This document shows positions 1 through 12,957 of a stretch of DNA of 64,000 bases, one piece after another. Each line of letters opens with the position of its first letter. The stretch's first letter is position 1. The stretch lies in assembly GCF_023055435.1 (NCBI RefSeq), contig NW_025964001.1, positions 1,116,001 to 1,180,000 of the forward strand, written 5' to 3'. The notes under the pieces are model-generated. The model was given only the letters and a program-made list of their open reading frames with translations, was not told where the DNA came from and ran no database searches. Position numbers and translations under genes: made by a program. This DNA is from Haliotis rufescens (taxonomy: Eukaryota).

Positions 1-626
1 GGCACAGCAGGTTTGTCACTGTTTAATGGAATGTATTCAGTCCCAAACATATTGCAAGGTAGATATCTTCTTCACAAGGATGTTTCAAACATTGATGTAT
101 GGGTAATACTCTCTCTTGTGCTATCAGTAATCAGATCTATGTATCGATGTGTCTCAATTGACTGGCCACATAATGGTGCCCTGTCTACAGCTAGGATCAG
201 TCAGTATGTATCGATGTGTTACAATGCCTATATTATGATACACACTGGTTCTCCTATCAGTACAGACAAGAGAATCAATGGTAAGAGGCCAGCACCGGAT
301 GGAAGCCATCCCAGTACATGTTGAGTACTGAGCCAGATGTTAAACTGCATCTATCTCCTAGATGAAAGTCTGAGAACCATTTATGATACATAGGAATGGG
401 TGCTGTCCGTCCGTCCTTCTGTCAATCACGTTTCGTTTCCTGATCAGAACTAAAAAACCATGAGAAATGTCTTACCCAAACTTGGCACATAGATAAGTCC
501 AGTGGTGGACTGGTTCCTTTTGATAGTTTGGGATTTTTTTAAAATATATTTTTTCGGATTTCAATGGCAATGACTGAAAATGGCAGTAGAGCTCCACACA
601 ACCGGACATGTCATATTGGCTGAGGG

Positions 627-790
627 GGGGGCGGTCGGGTAGCCCAGTGGTAAAAGCGTTCGCTCGTCACGCTGAAGACCCGGGTTCGACTCCCGACATG
701 GGTACAAGGTGTGAAGCCCATTTCTGGTGTCCCCCACCGTGATATTGCTGGAATATTGCTAAAAGCGGCGTAAAACCATACTCACTCACT
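627..790 (+). mobile_element. tRNA-derived SINE, family A, (ACTC)n tail
   Basis: A box TAGCCCAGTGG, B box GGTTCGACTCC, ACTC tail; TSD TTGGCTGAGGG (616-626 / 792-802); three more copies in the window. Confidence 0.85.
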
Positions 791-1232
791 GTTGGCTGAG
801 GGACATGAGTATTTCAGGCTTGTTGTTCCAGGTTTTGCAACACTGTTCTCTTTCTGTGTGTTTTCAGGGGTACTAGTGCATGTGTGCGTGTGCATGCATG
901 TGTGCTTGGTGGTGGCATGTGTTATCATGATGTAAGGAAANNNNNNNNNNNNNNNNNNNNNNNNNNNNNNNNNNNNNNNNNNNNNNNNNNNNNNNNNNNN
1001 NNNNNNNNNNNNNNNNNNNNNNNNNNNNNNNNNNNNNNNNNNNNNNNNNNNNNNNNNNNNNNNNNNNNNNNNNNNNNNNNNNNNNNNNNNCATGTGCATC
1101 TTGTTGTCATTGTCATGTTGCCAGCTTACAGTCTGATCACAATAACTTGATTCCAAATGGGCAAACATTTGCTCAGCTCACTGATTGACCCTGGGACACA
1201 TGAACCTACTGCAATTTACTTCTTCAGTGATT

Positions 1233-1521
1233 AGGGGCCACGGGTGGCCCAGTCGTCTAAAGCGACGCGATTCGCTGTGCAGAGTTGCGTCCCTTGGGCA
1301 CGCCAGAAACCTATGATTGTGGGTTGGAATCCAGGTTCGCCCTGATTATGTTTCTATGTTTGTCAGCACCATACCCGTGCTCGTGGGTTTCACTGAAGTG
1401 GTAAATGTCTGAGACCTGCATCACTTCGGGCTTTCCTCCCACATTAAGCTGACACGCCGCGATATAACTTGAATACTGTTAAAAGTGGCGTTAAACCCAA
1501 CTCACTCGCTCACTCACTCAC
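1233..1521 (+). mobile_element. tRNA-derived SINE, family B
   Basis: TGGCCCAGTCG A box, degenerate B box, (ACTC)n tail; TSD TCTTCAGTGATTAGG (1221-1235 / 1522-1536); paralogous to 7127-7401. Confidence 0.85.
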
Positions 1522-3581
1522 TCTTCAGTGATTAGGAATTCTTCAAAGGATGAGTAATTTTTGGATTTGGAAGTAAAAGACTTAATGTTGGAATTAGATG
1601 AAAGCAAGTAGTAGGGTTTAAGTGTCCTCCATAATTCTCCTGTAATAAATGTATGTTCTTGCTTGTAATTGGGTGTTAGAATGTGGGCAATCCTCAGTGC
1701 CCTCGGTGCTCGGGGATTTGTTGTATTGGAAGCCCCCATATGTAGGTGCTGGCTGCGGATGTGAAGCAGACGTCAATCCTTATTGTTTATGGTCATATGT
1801 CTCGAAGAAATGATGAAAAGATGTTAATTTGCTTCCCAATGGTGTGAGGAGGAGATGATTATGTGAATGAATATGGTGCCTATCTTGATGTATGTCTGGG
1901 TGCTAAGTCACCAATGTCTGGAGGGCAAAATGATGCGGCCATTAACAGCTATTTCAGGTTCAGCGCTATTCAAGTGGTCACTTTTCCTCCATCGCCAGTA
2001 GGTGTGTCTTGGTATTGTCTGTCTGGCCAGACAAGTCCTGTAAACATGATATGGTCTAATAACATGATTTAAATGAGTTATTTGCTTGTAAAGAGCCTTA
2101 ATACGATTTTGCTGCTTGTCTGTGCTCTATACAACCATAGTGATGACACATTGTATAGGCTGGCTCCTGGTAGATGTCGGCTTTCCGCACTAGACACACA
2201 GCAAGACTTTAATCAGTCTTGTGACAAGTCTCCTATGGTGATCTTTTTACTCGCTATTGATAATGCACACTTTGTCTGGGAGAGACTTCAGACAGTAAAG
2301 AATCACTTGGCCACTTCTTAATTTTCTACAATATTGAATACCCATTCCTGACTATATGTCCGGTGCTTTTAGGCTTGAGAGGGCAGTGTGGATTAATGTG
2401 GCTGGCTGTAAGACCCGCGTTCAATGTATATTAGGGAAGGCAACTTATAAGTTCACAACCTATTGCTTGTCAGTTTCTATCCCTCTGGCATATATTATTT
2501 TGTGAATGCCCATTTATCTGGCTGTCTATCTGTCTGTCTGTCTGTCTAGCCAGGTATTTTGGAGGATGTCAGTTTCTCCATCAATCTGTATGCCCTTGTA
2601 GCAGATGAATCTAGGGGGATATATGTCTTTCCAGCCATCCGTCTGTTCGTCTCTGCATCCATCCGTCTAAAGGTGCTTTGGAGAGGTGCATCTCTCCATC
2701 TTTCTGCCAGTTAACATCTTTCCTTGTGCCTGTCTAAATGTTGTTGTATTATAGCAGAGACGACCATATATTTATTTTTAACCAAATGTTTCAACATAAT
2801 CATTCTCATTCTCAACTGATTGGTAGATTTCCTTATGCAGAAACAACTAATCTTGTAACATATTTCTTCATCAAACTTTCAAACATAAATCTAGCTTCAG
2901 ACCCAGTTTGTGATATTCCATACAGCAAAGAATAATTTAAAGGGCTTAAGATACATGGGTAAACATATTGATAAAATTCCACTTTACTGTTCACACTGAT
3001 ATTTGAGGGCATGGATTCTACAGTCAGCTATGTACAATGTTTCGTATGTCATTTGATAAGATGAAACAAATGTTTCCAATACCAATCTGTAAATTATCCA
3101 AACTGTTCACTTTAGTTGTGTGAAATGGGGATGAATTTTGTGTAAATGCTGTCAGGCTTGAACATTATATAATGAAAAGAAGACTTGAGGTGTTTTGCAT
3201 GTGACGTGCAGGTGACACAATACCCATTTGTGTCCAATATGTACCCAGAGGGAAGTTGTGATGTTTACAGAGACCTGTCATGAGTATTTATATCTTAATA
3301 TGAAATAAATAAGTGTCCGAGAAATAAAAACAAATTATCCAGATATAGGTTTTCAGCTTCTTGTGAACGTCACATACATTCGTTGGGTGAAAGACCTTTA
3401 ATGAACGACATATCGGATTCTACCTATATCAAGTAAACATGCATTGTTCAGGGCAGAGCATTCACCTGGTACAGTAAAACATTATTATATCCATGTAGTC
3501 ATGCTTATCTTAATCTACAGACTTCTATTATCAACCAAGCTATTTCAAAACTTGTTTTGTTTCTGCGTTTCCTTTAATCTG

Positions 3582-4023
3582 CCGGCTAAGGAAGGCAGGG
3601 CATGAAGCCTAGTAACACATTCTCCCCGGCTAAGGAAGGCAGGGCATGAAGCCTAGTAACACATTCTCACCGGCTAAGGAAGGCAGGGCATGAAGCCTAG
3701 TAACACATTCTCACCAGCTAAGGAAGGCAGGGCATGAAGCCTAGTAACACATTCTCACCGGCTAAGGAAGGCAGGGCATGAAGCCTAGTAACACATTCTC
3801 ACCGGCTAAGGAAGGCAGGGCATGAAGCCTAGTAACACATTCTCCCCGGCTAAGGAAGGCAGGGCATGAAGCCTAGTAACACATTCTCACCGGCTAAGGA
3901 AGGCAGGGCATGAAGCCTAGTAACACATTCTCACCAGCTAAGGAAGGCAGGGCATGAAGCCTAGTAACACATTCTCACCGGCTAAGGAAGGCAGGGCATG
4001 AAGCCTAGTAACACATTCTCACC
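3582..4023. repeat. Minisatellite, 44-bp unit, about 10 copies
   Basis: CCGGCTAAGGAAGGCAGGGCATGAAGCCTAGTAACACATTCTCA. Confidence 0.95.
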
Positions 4024-4131
4024 CTGACACAAACACGTGTGTCAACTCACAGGCAAGCCTATAACAGTTTGGCAAGTCTAGAAGTCTTCAGTTTCTGAAA
4101 CTGAAGAGATTCTCCTAGCCTTGCACCAAGG

Positions 4132-4325
4132 CTATTCTGAAAGATAAGTCCATGGATGTGTAGTAATTCTATCCGCATAATAGGCAAGTCCAGATATGTT
4201 GACAGTAAGAACTCCAGTCTCTTATAGTGATAATTTGTTCTTATTTTTTATATAATCTAGAACTTTAAAATGATTTAAACTACCGGTAATAATTATTGCC
4301 TTAGAGACTTTTGCAAGTCTAAGCT
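4132..4325 (+). repeat. Dispersed ~190-bp repeat, paralog at 10724-10895
   Basis: Shared CCATGGATGTGT...AATAGGCAAGTC...ATAATCTAGAA...TTATTGCCTTAGAGACTT...GCAAGTCTA. Confidence 0.7.
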
Positions 4326-5609
4326 TCCCCTTCCTCTTTCTATTGTTACTCCAGAGAAGTTCGCAGAAAATGTCCTTATCGGGGAGGATGTTGTTTTGTG
4401 ATAAAACTGTCAGTAGGTCAGTAACGGTGGTCAGCAGACAGTCCCGAGTTCCTCATCCACTGCAGAACTTGACACAAGGCACTATATCATAACTAATAAA
4501 CAAACAAATCTGGTGCCGAGCCACTATAGGAGGAACTGAGATCATCACGGACATATTGTATTCCTTTCAAATATTTCAAAATTGTCAAAATTGACCTGCT
4601 GTTTCATGGATTATGACCGGCACTGGCTGTAAACAGTACCTGGTAGAAGATGCAATGCTCTCAGTGTTACATTACTGGATTTTCACATACTTTCTGCAAG
4701 CTTCATCGGAGTATTATGTATTTTGTTATTAAAATTATTAACAATTTAATAAAAGGAATCTGGAAACCTTATTTCTGAGAAGAAGCGTTATTGTATATGA
4801 AGCCAGTGGCACCTGGTGAGATGTGTCCATGATGTAAAGCTGCCTCCAGTAATAGTGCTTATTTGAAGGAACATTATTTATCAGTCTAGACAATATGTGC
4901 GGTTATATGGGACTACTCTTGGGGATGAGCCCTATCAGTTGCCTCTTTTAGCGAGATACAAAACAATTACAAGTTGGATTGTTAGACATCACTGATGTAT
5001 TTGTTCTCCGGTTCATGCATAGACAGCATGTATATACCAGAGCTTCTCCCGTTCTATTTGAGGACAAACCTATGATTTATTCGTCTAGTTCAACAAGATT
5101 TGCTTATCTGATGTAGACGGTGGAAGCTCCGCAGAAATTGATAGCACTTCCCCAGATCCAGACATGATAATGACTGTCAAAAAACTTTCCAATAATTCCT
5201 TATTAATCTTGTGAAGTGTTTTAGTATATTATGTCTATGGAGGTTGATTTTGGAACGAAATGCTGTCAATGGTTTAGTGAAGGGTTTGATGTGTGATCAA
5301 GTAGACCTGGGTAATTTCATGGAGTTAGTTCAAAGACACAGACATGAGCTTTGTCCAGAGGAGTTTGATATGTAGGGATTCTCATTTAGAGTTATTTTAA
5401 CACTTTGGAGTCAGTTAACCACCTTGAAATGTCAAGAATTATAAATAATTCTTGATTTGCAATCCACTACCATCAACAGAAACAAGATGATGTACTGTTT
5501 GGATTTTACACAGCCAATATTTTAAGAACATTTAAAAGTGAAAAATTAAAGTGTACGGTATTTAAAAGATTGTGACAAGTGAGTTTGTTTGAAATTGTTG
5601 GTCTTTACT

Positions 5610-6110
5610 TCAGTGGTGAACCTGTGTTAAAGTTCCATGTCTTCACTACTATTGTGAGCCTATGTCAAATATCTGTGGTCTTCACTACTATTGTGAGCCT
5701 ATATTAAAGTTCCATGTCTTCACTACTATTGTGAGCCTATGTCAAATATCTGTGGTCTTCACTACTATTGTGAGCCTATGTTTGATATCTGCGGTCTTCA
5801 CAACTACTGTTGTGAGCCTATGTTTAAGTTCTGTAAAGCCTTCACTACTACTATTGTGAGCCTATGTTAAATATCTGCGGTCTTCACAACTATTATTGTG
5901 AGCCTATGTTAAAGTTCTGTAAAGCCTTCACTACTACTATTGTGAGCCTATGTTAAAGTTCCGTAGTCTTCACTACTATTGTGAGACTATGTCAAATATC
6001 TGTGGTCTTCACTACTATTGTGAGCCTATGTTAAAGTTCCATGTCTTCACTACTATTGTGAGCCTATGTTAAAGTTCCATGTCTTCACTACTATTGTGAG
6101 CTTATGATAA
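5610..6110. repeat. Minisatellite, ~39-bp unit
   Basis: GTCTTCACTACTATTGTGAGCCTATGTTAAAGTTCCAT variants. Confidence 0.9.
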
Positions 6111-7126
6111 AGTAAATCGGCACATTAAAACCCTTGTAGGTCTATGGTTCAATAGTCTAGTAGTATCAATGGTCTTAGAGCTAAGGTTACTTTGCCCAAA
6201 CAGGCCTAGGAGTTTAATCACTAACTTTTGTGATGGGTATTGACTCCCCAGATTAGACTAATTGCCACAATTGAACGATCCAAGACTACCTTTTCTTCAT
6301 AGATGGGAATTTATGCTCTGGTATTTCTGTGCACTTGTTAGTTAACCATTGGCTATAAGTAGTCCTGCGCCATGACTGTGGAATATATATATCTATATTT
6401 ATTTATTTTTTACTAAAAGCCTAGGCAAGTCTAGATCAAACAAAACCAAGTTTAGTTTCCTTGATTCCACATTTGAAAACAGCAGAAGAGGAAAGGACCT
6501 TTCGAAGAAAAGAAAAAAAAATTTTTTAAAGAAATGTTTTCATTGACTAAGTGTTAGTCTAGGCTATAAGTGGGACTCCTACTTAACATATGGAAGAAAG
6601 TAGGAACCATTCGGGTGATGTGCCTGATTTGAAAATTAGTGAAGATGCTTGTACCTCAGATTGGGTCACTTGTGAATTAAAACAGTATAGTAATGAGTGC
6701 GTGAGTTGGGGTTAATGCTGCACTGAAACTGATTTACAGTGATCAATTCATATTATTTTCATCGTTATTTTGCCTTTTTTGCCCAATGGAATCTGTTTTG
6801 ACATATAATCAAGACTGGTTAACATCTGATGTTGATGCTATAATTTATGACGTCATGTCACGGCATTTCAACTTCCATGTCAGAGGAAAGTAAGACATAT
6901 GGAGGTTGTTTGAATCAGCCACTTAGAGGTGAACCCATGGGTCTGGTAGGGACAGACAGATCATCATACTCACTGTTAATCTGGGATTTGAACCCATTAA
7001 CAGCAATCAGCTAAAACATGATGGTCTGCTGTGCCATCTGTGTCCCCCTAAACTCAAAGTAATAAACACATATTAATATCACTCTCATAGTAGCAACATA
7101 AACATTGAACCATATTGTTAATTTAA

Positions 7127-7401
7127 GGGGGCACGGTTGGCCCAGTTGTCTAAGGCTCCCTAATTCGCTGTGCAGAGTAGCAATCCCTTGACAAGCCTGA
7201 AACTTATGATTATGGGTTTGAATCCTGGTTTGCCCTGATTATGTTTCTAGGTTTGTCAGCACCATACTCATGCTTGTGGGTTTCACCGAAGCGGTAAACA
7301 TCTGAGACCTGCATCACATCGGGCTTCGTCCAACATTACCTGATATGCCGGTATATGACTGGAAAACTGTTAAAAGTGGCAACTAAACCCACTCACTCAC
7401 T
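7127..7401 (+). mobile_element. SINE family B, second copy
   Basis: Colinear similarity to 1233-1521 along its whole length; ends in ACTCACTCACT. Confidence 0.8.
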
Positions 7402-8487
7402 ATCAGTTGCAGTGTGTCTGTTGATAAGCTGCAAGGAAAATAATTAAACTTGCAACAGGACTGGTTATCTACTCTAACAAATAATAAAATATAGGTAATA
7501 TTTTCTTTCACAGAAATGTTTATGAAAAAAATAGCTGTAAAAAAATTAAGATGACTGGACCATTCTAAAAAATAGTGGATGAATGAACTCATCCATAGAT
7601 TCTTATCCTTACATTTTAAAAATATTAATACTTGAATGAACACTTTATGAAAATTATGACCTGTTTACTCATGAGAAGGGCATCACGATTTTAATATTTG
7701 CATACAAGGTAGACATTGTGTCTGAACTACATAGTTACTGTCTGTGTTCAAGTACATCCAACCACTTACCAACTGTGCACATGCCTTGTGTTCCTCAACA
7801 GTGTTAATTGTACTATAACAGTGTTGAAAGGTTTCCACAAGGAGACATTTCTCTGAACTTCACTTGTTTTGGTGACTTGCTTTCAGGCATCAGTTGTTTG
7901 CCTGAAACTGAATGTGTTTGCTTATATAGTATGTTATAAATAAGTTTTAGAAATAGGAGTTCAGAAATCATGAAAATCAATGCTACTGTGCAACTAGATA
8001 TAAGTATACCATTGCGTATATAAGGCATTGTACTGCGCATGATCGTACGATTTTTCAAAAAGAGGCCTATGGGTTAAAAAAACCTTCGAAATTTAACTCA
8101 TTGGTATGCACACGTGACGTTTAAAATATATTACAGCATTAAAATTCCCATTGAATTAGGCCCACCATCTAATTTTCTCATTAGAAACCTAGTCGCTTGT
8201 GACATAGTTAAAAACTCCTTTTGAGCATATCGTTTACTATACATAATGCATCGCATGCACCAGTAGGTGCACCTCCGGTTTAAATATCCATGCTGGGGAG
8301 ACATTGTACTGAAATCCTTTCTATTTGCAGTGACCTTATTTTTTCCAAACCCAAGCCTAACCCACGTGACTCTAGCAACCATACTTGCATTGCAGTGCAG
8401 GCCTCGATGATAATGTTTGATTTCTGTGGGATCTAGCAACTTGGGTTGCCACATCCAGCCTTATTTAATGTCTGAGCTAGTCACCGA

Positions 8488-8507
8488 ATGACAGATATTT
8501 TACAAAG
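8488..8507 (+). CDS. Candidate first coding exon of ER (MTDILQR...)
   Basis: ATG ACA GAT ATT TTA CAA AG|GTGAGT is a consensus donor. Phase 2 joins in frame to G|GAG TGC at 19618. No homology support. Confidence 0.35.
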
Positions 8508-11424
8508 GTGAGTGATGTAGCTGGTTGTGGGTAGGGCTGGCCCTGTGAGCGCCTGCCGGCCGGCCTGCCTGCCTGCCTGCCTGACAGACAGACCTATGGC
8601 ATGGGACTGCTGTGGGCAACTGGAGCAAACATTCCGCTAGTGTTGACTGACGTAACATGCAGCAAGCTTTCTTTGTCAGCCCACTGCCTCACACCAGCCA
8701 TTGGGATAGCTAGCTTAATCACTCAAGTCTGTCCATACAGGAATCTATTGGGCCGACCACCATTTGGGTGAGATAAACTCCTAACTGCTTGTTGTGCAAG
8801 ATGGGGAAATCAGCCATTTTGTTTTTTGTGTTGCAGTATTATATAATATGTCGCGCCTGTAATCAGTTGTCCTTGACCTTCACACACATCCATGTTGTAT
8901 GTGTAGCTGTCTGGTGCTTCTCGGGACTATCTAGTGGTCGCTAAGTGCTCCAGATTGTATAGAATAGTGAGGGAGGTGTGTAGAGGGACATATTGTGTCG
9001 TACATACCAGACAGGTTATGTGAGATTGGGTGGTTTACAAGTCAGACGAGAACCTGCTTTCATACAATGGTGGCTGCAGTAGACATGCAGGCAGGGTTCA
9101 CTGCACTCGTCTGCTGTGGTTGCATGTCCGACCTCTCTCTGTACTCAACACACGATCTGTTGTAGCCCTTGAATCAGGCCTATCAGGCTCCTTCTGTTCA
9201 GGCATAATCTTCTGTATATCAAAGGCCTTTAAACAGATATTGCGCGATGCATTTAAAATGGGATTAGAAAAGATCTGATTGAGTTCCCAGACAGAGTGCA
9301 GACTGAAAATGTTTATTTATTAATCTTCGCCCATATTGCTTTTCATGGTGGAAAAGGGACACTGTAAATCAAGTGCTTTTATTGTAGTTGTCGTCTGCCC
9401 ACTTGGAGGGTATCGATGCAGTAGAAGATATATTTAGGCTTGTCCATTACCTGGAGACTGTCTGGTGACTGGCTTATGGATAAGACCTACACAAGGACTC
9501 AGTGAGCGTTTCCCTTGTATTGTGCTTCAGTGTCTAAGAAGTGAGGTATCAGAACAATGGCCATGCAGTCACTGCTGCTGCCCTTGTGTCATAGTTTTTG
9601 GAGACACACATAGACCTGCTTCTCATAACTTCTTATTACAACAACTGAAGGTGATTATTACATATTGCTTGGTTTCCTTTGTTTAAAATCCATGTCTTTT
9701 TGTTATAGGTATTTTAGATTAAATAGTTATGGGAGGTTTGAGATTGTAAAGTTGCTATAAATTTTAGGAAGGATTTGGTTATAAAAGAGTGAGATTACTG
9801 TTGTACTTGGTTTCAATTAATTTAATCCCCGAAGTTTGTTTTCTTTACTTTGTCATTGGTCATCTTCTTGAATTGAGTTCTGAATATGTTCAGTACATTG
9901 ATAAATATCATCAGGGTACTATGCTTGTTGATGTTAAGTGATTTCATGTAACATTTTCACTATCATTGCATTGTTTGGAGTGCAGAGGAATAGGGTTGGG
10001 AACCAGTGGTGTAGAGAAGAACATCAAGATGTCTACAATAGTGTAAATATGTAATTTTGTTCTTTTATCCCACAAAAAGACATGTAGAGAAGTACCGAGA
10101 GTGATTTTTAATGGGGATCCTTATGTACCTTTGAACCATCTGTAAGTGCTGTTTTAGTACAGTTTGGGGAATGATGTTAGGTAATAGCTTGCCAACAACC
10201 CCCTACCTAATGTCCACCCCAGCATGGGGGATACCTTAATGTCCATATCCCAGCAAGGGGGAGACGGGGTTGTCAGGTTATGGGGGAGATAGAGACACTG
10301 GTATCAATTATCGGAGGGGGAAGGTTTACCCGGAGGGGCAAGAGGGAAGATGTTACCAGTGTTACCTCAGAAGTGGTTATAGAAGGATATATGTAATGGA
10401 TGACATATACATCTTCAAGCAAATCTGAATACTTATAGATAATCCTTGGTCATAACACAGTATTTTGTGTTTATAGGTTGTATTGTTATCCTGACTTATT
10501 ATGTATCTAATTATTTAGTTTATAGAATATTGTCAGTAGTTAAGATGGAAAGTTTGCACAATAAAATATCTTGTATCTTATATAATGCAGGAGGGGTGGT
10601 GCAGGTCTTACCTTGAGGGGGATTTAAAAGAGGGAACAGTGTTTCTTACCTCAGAAGGGGTGCAGGATACCTCCTTGTGAAGGGGGACAAGTGTCACTCT
10701 GGAGGAATATATATATGGCCTCTCTACTGAAAGAAAAAGCCATGGATGTGTGGTACTTCTATCCTCTTAATAGGCAAGTCTGGATCTAAGGACTTCAGTC
10801 TCCTACAGGGACAACTTGTTCTTATTATTTACATAATCTAGAAATTAAATTTAAACTAATATTTATTGCCTTAGAGACTTGCGCAAGTCTAGGCCTCACT
10901 ATACAATCCACAGAAAGGAAGCAGTGTTACCTTAGGAGGTGGTGGTAGTTAGGTAAGGGGGAGGGCCAGGCCTGTGTAGCCAGTGACCAGTTGAATCACC
11001 CCCCCCTCTCCTCCTCGGTCAATACCAGCCAGCCTGTTATGTAATTCCTGACACTGAACCAAGCAGAGCCCTGTGATCAGTCAAGGATAAAGGTCATTCC
11101 CTGCCTAGGAAGGGTCATGAGGTCACTGGTGCTGTGGAGTAACAGTGACCATCATTGCTGTGCGGGAACGCCATGGCCACCTGTTGTCGGGATATGTAAT
11201 CAGCTGATGGTCTACAGTTGTGGAAGGGATTGCTTGCTCAGTTCATTGTCCTTCTTGATATAGTTAAGGCCAAGAGAGAGAGTTGGGGTAAGATACTTTG
11301 AGGTGGTCTTTAGTGCTGAAAGATGGTCTCCACAGAACTGTAGTGGTGAAGGTCCTTGTTTCTTCTTTGTGCCAGTGTGATGTTGACCTGTGCTTCTTTG
11401 TTGATGTGATTCGGTCTGTGTCTT

Positions 11425-12875
11425 TGTGACACAATAGTCATGATATCTAGAGACTGTGTGATACGTTAGTCATAGTAGCTAGAGACTGTGTGAAACGATA
11501 TTCATAATAGCTAGAGACTAATACCATAGTCATGATAGCTATAGACTATGTGATACAATAGTCATAGTAGCTAGAGACTTTGTGATACGACAGTCATGAA
11601 AGCTATAGACTGTGATACAATAGTCATGATATCTAGAGACTGTGTGATACAATAGTCATAGTAGCTTGAGACTGTGTGATACAATAGTCATAGTAGCTAG
11701 AGAATATGTGATACAACAGTCATGATAGCTAGAGAATATGTGATACAACAGTCATGATAGCTAGAGAATATGTGATACAACAGTCATGATAGCTAGAGAA
11801 TATGTGATACAACAGTCATGATAGCTAGAGAATATGTAATACAACAGTCATGATAGCTAGAGAATATGTGATACAACAGTCATGGTAGCTAGAGACTGTG
11901 TGATACGACAGTCATGTTAGCTAGAGACTGTGATACAACAGTCATGAAAGCTATAGACTGTGTGATACAATAGTCATGATATCTAGAGACTGTGTGATAC
12001 AATAGTCATAGTAGCTTGAGACTGTGTGATACAATAGTCATGTTAGCTAGAGAATATGTGATACAACAGTCATGATAGCTAGAGAATATGTGATACAACA
12101 GTCATGATAGCTAGAGAATATGTGATACAACAGTCATGATAGCTAGAGAATATGTGATACAACAGTCATGATAGCTAGAGAATATATGATACAACAGTCA
12201 TGATAGCTAGAGAATATGTGATACAACAGTCATGGTAGCTAGAGAATATGTGATACAACAGTCATGATAGCTATAGTCTATGTGATAAAACAGTCATGGT
12301 AGCTAAAGCCTATGTGATACAACAGTCATGGTAGCTATAGCCTATGTGATACAACAGTCATGATAGCTATAGCCTATGTGATACAACAGTCATGATAGCT
12401 ATAGTCTATGTGATACAACAGTTATGGTAGCTATAGCCTATGTGATACAACAGTCATTGTAGCTATAGCCTATGTGATACAACAGTTATGGTAGCTATAG
12501 CCTATGTGATACAACAGTTATAGTAGCTATAGCCTATGTGATACAACAGTCATGGTAGCTATAGCCTATGTGATACAACAGTCATGGTAGCTATAGCCTA
12601 TGTGATACAACAGTCTTGATAGCTATAGCCTATGTGATACAACAGTCATGATAGCTATAGTCTATGTGATACAACAGTTATGGTAGCTATAGCCTATGTG
12701 ATACAACAGTCATGGTAGCTATAGCCTATGTGATACAACAGTTATGGTAGCTATAGCCTATGTGATACAACAGTCATTGTAGCTATAGCCTATGTGATAC
12801 AACAGTTATGGTAGCTATAGCCTATGTGATACAACAGTCATGGTAGCTATAGCCTATGTGATACAACAGTCATGA
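11425..12875. repeat. Minisatellite, 32-bp unit, about 45 copies
   Basis: TGTGATACAACAGTCATGATAGCTAGAGAATA, drifting to ...GCTATAGCCTA. Confidence 0.95.
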
Positions 12876-12957
12876 TTGTTGGAGACTGTGATGTGTTGCT
12901 ATTACAACCTACTGCTGCCATCACCAGACAAGGCGTTAACAGTAAACAGATTTGGCA

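Noticed and set aside
627-705. Possible tRNA genes here and at 23326, 38310 and 52550
   Set aside because: These are tRNA-like SINE heads followed by a shared body and (ACTC)n tail, with TSDs on most copies.
3582-4023. Regular arrays resembling CRISPR
   Set aside because: Units are head-to-tail with no unique spacers, there are no cas genes, and the context is eukaryotic.
4085-4107. Hammerhead ribozyme core (CTGAAGA and GAAAC)
   Set aside because: The motifs are the arm of a simple palindrome; the three stems and cleavage triplet could not be built.
9440-9650. Possible ER 5' exon ending AAG|GTGATT
   Set aside because: There is a stop immediately upstream in the required phase; a non-coding exon cannot be supported from sequence alone.
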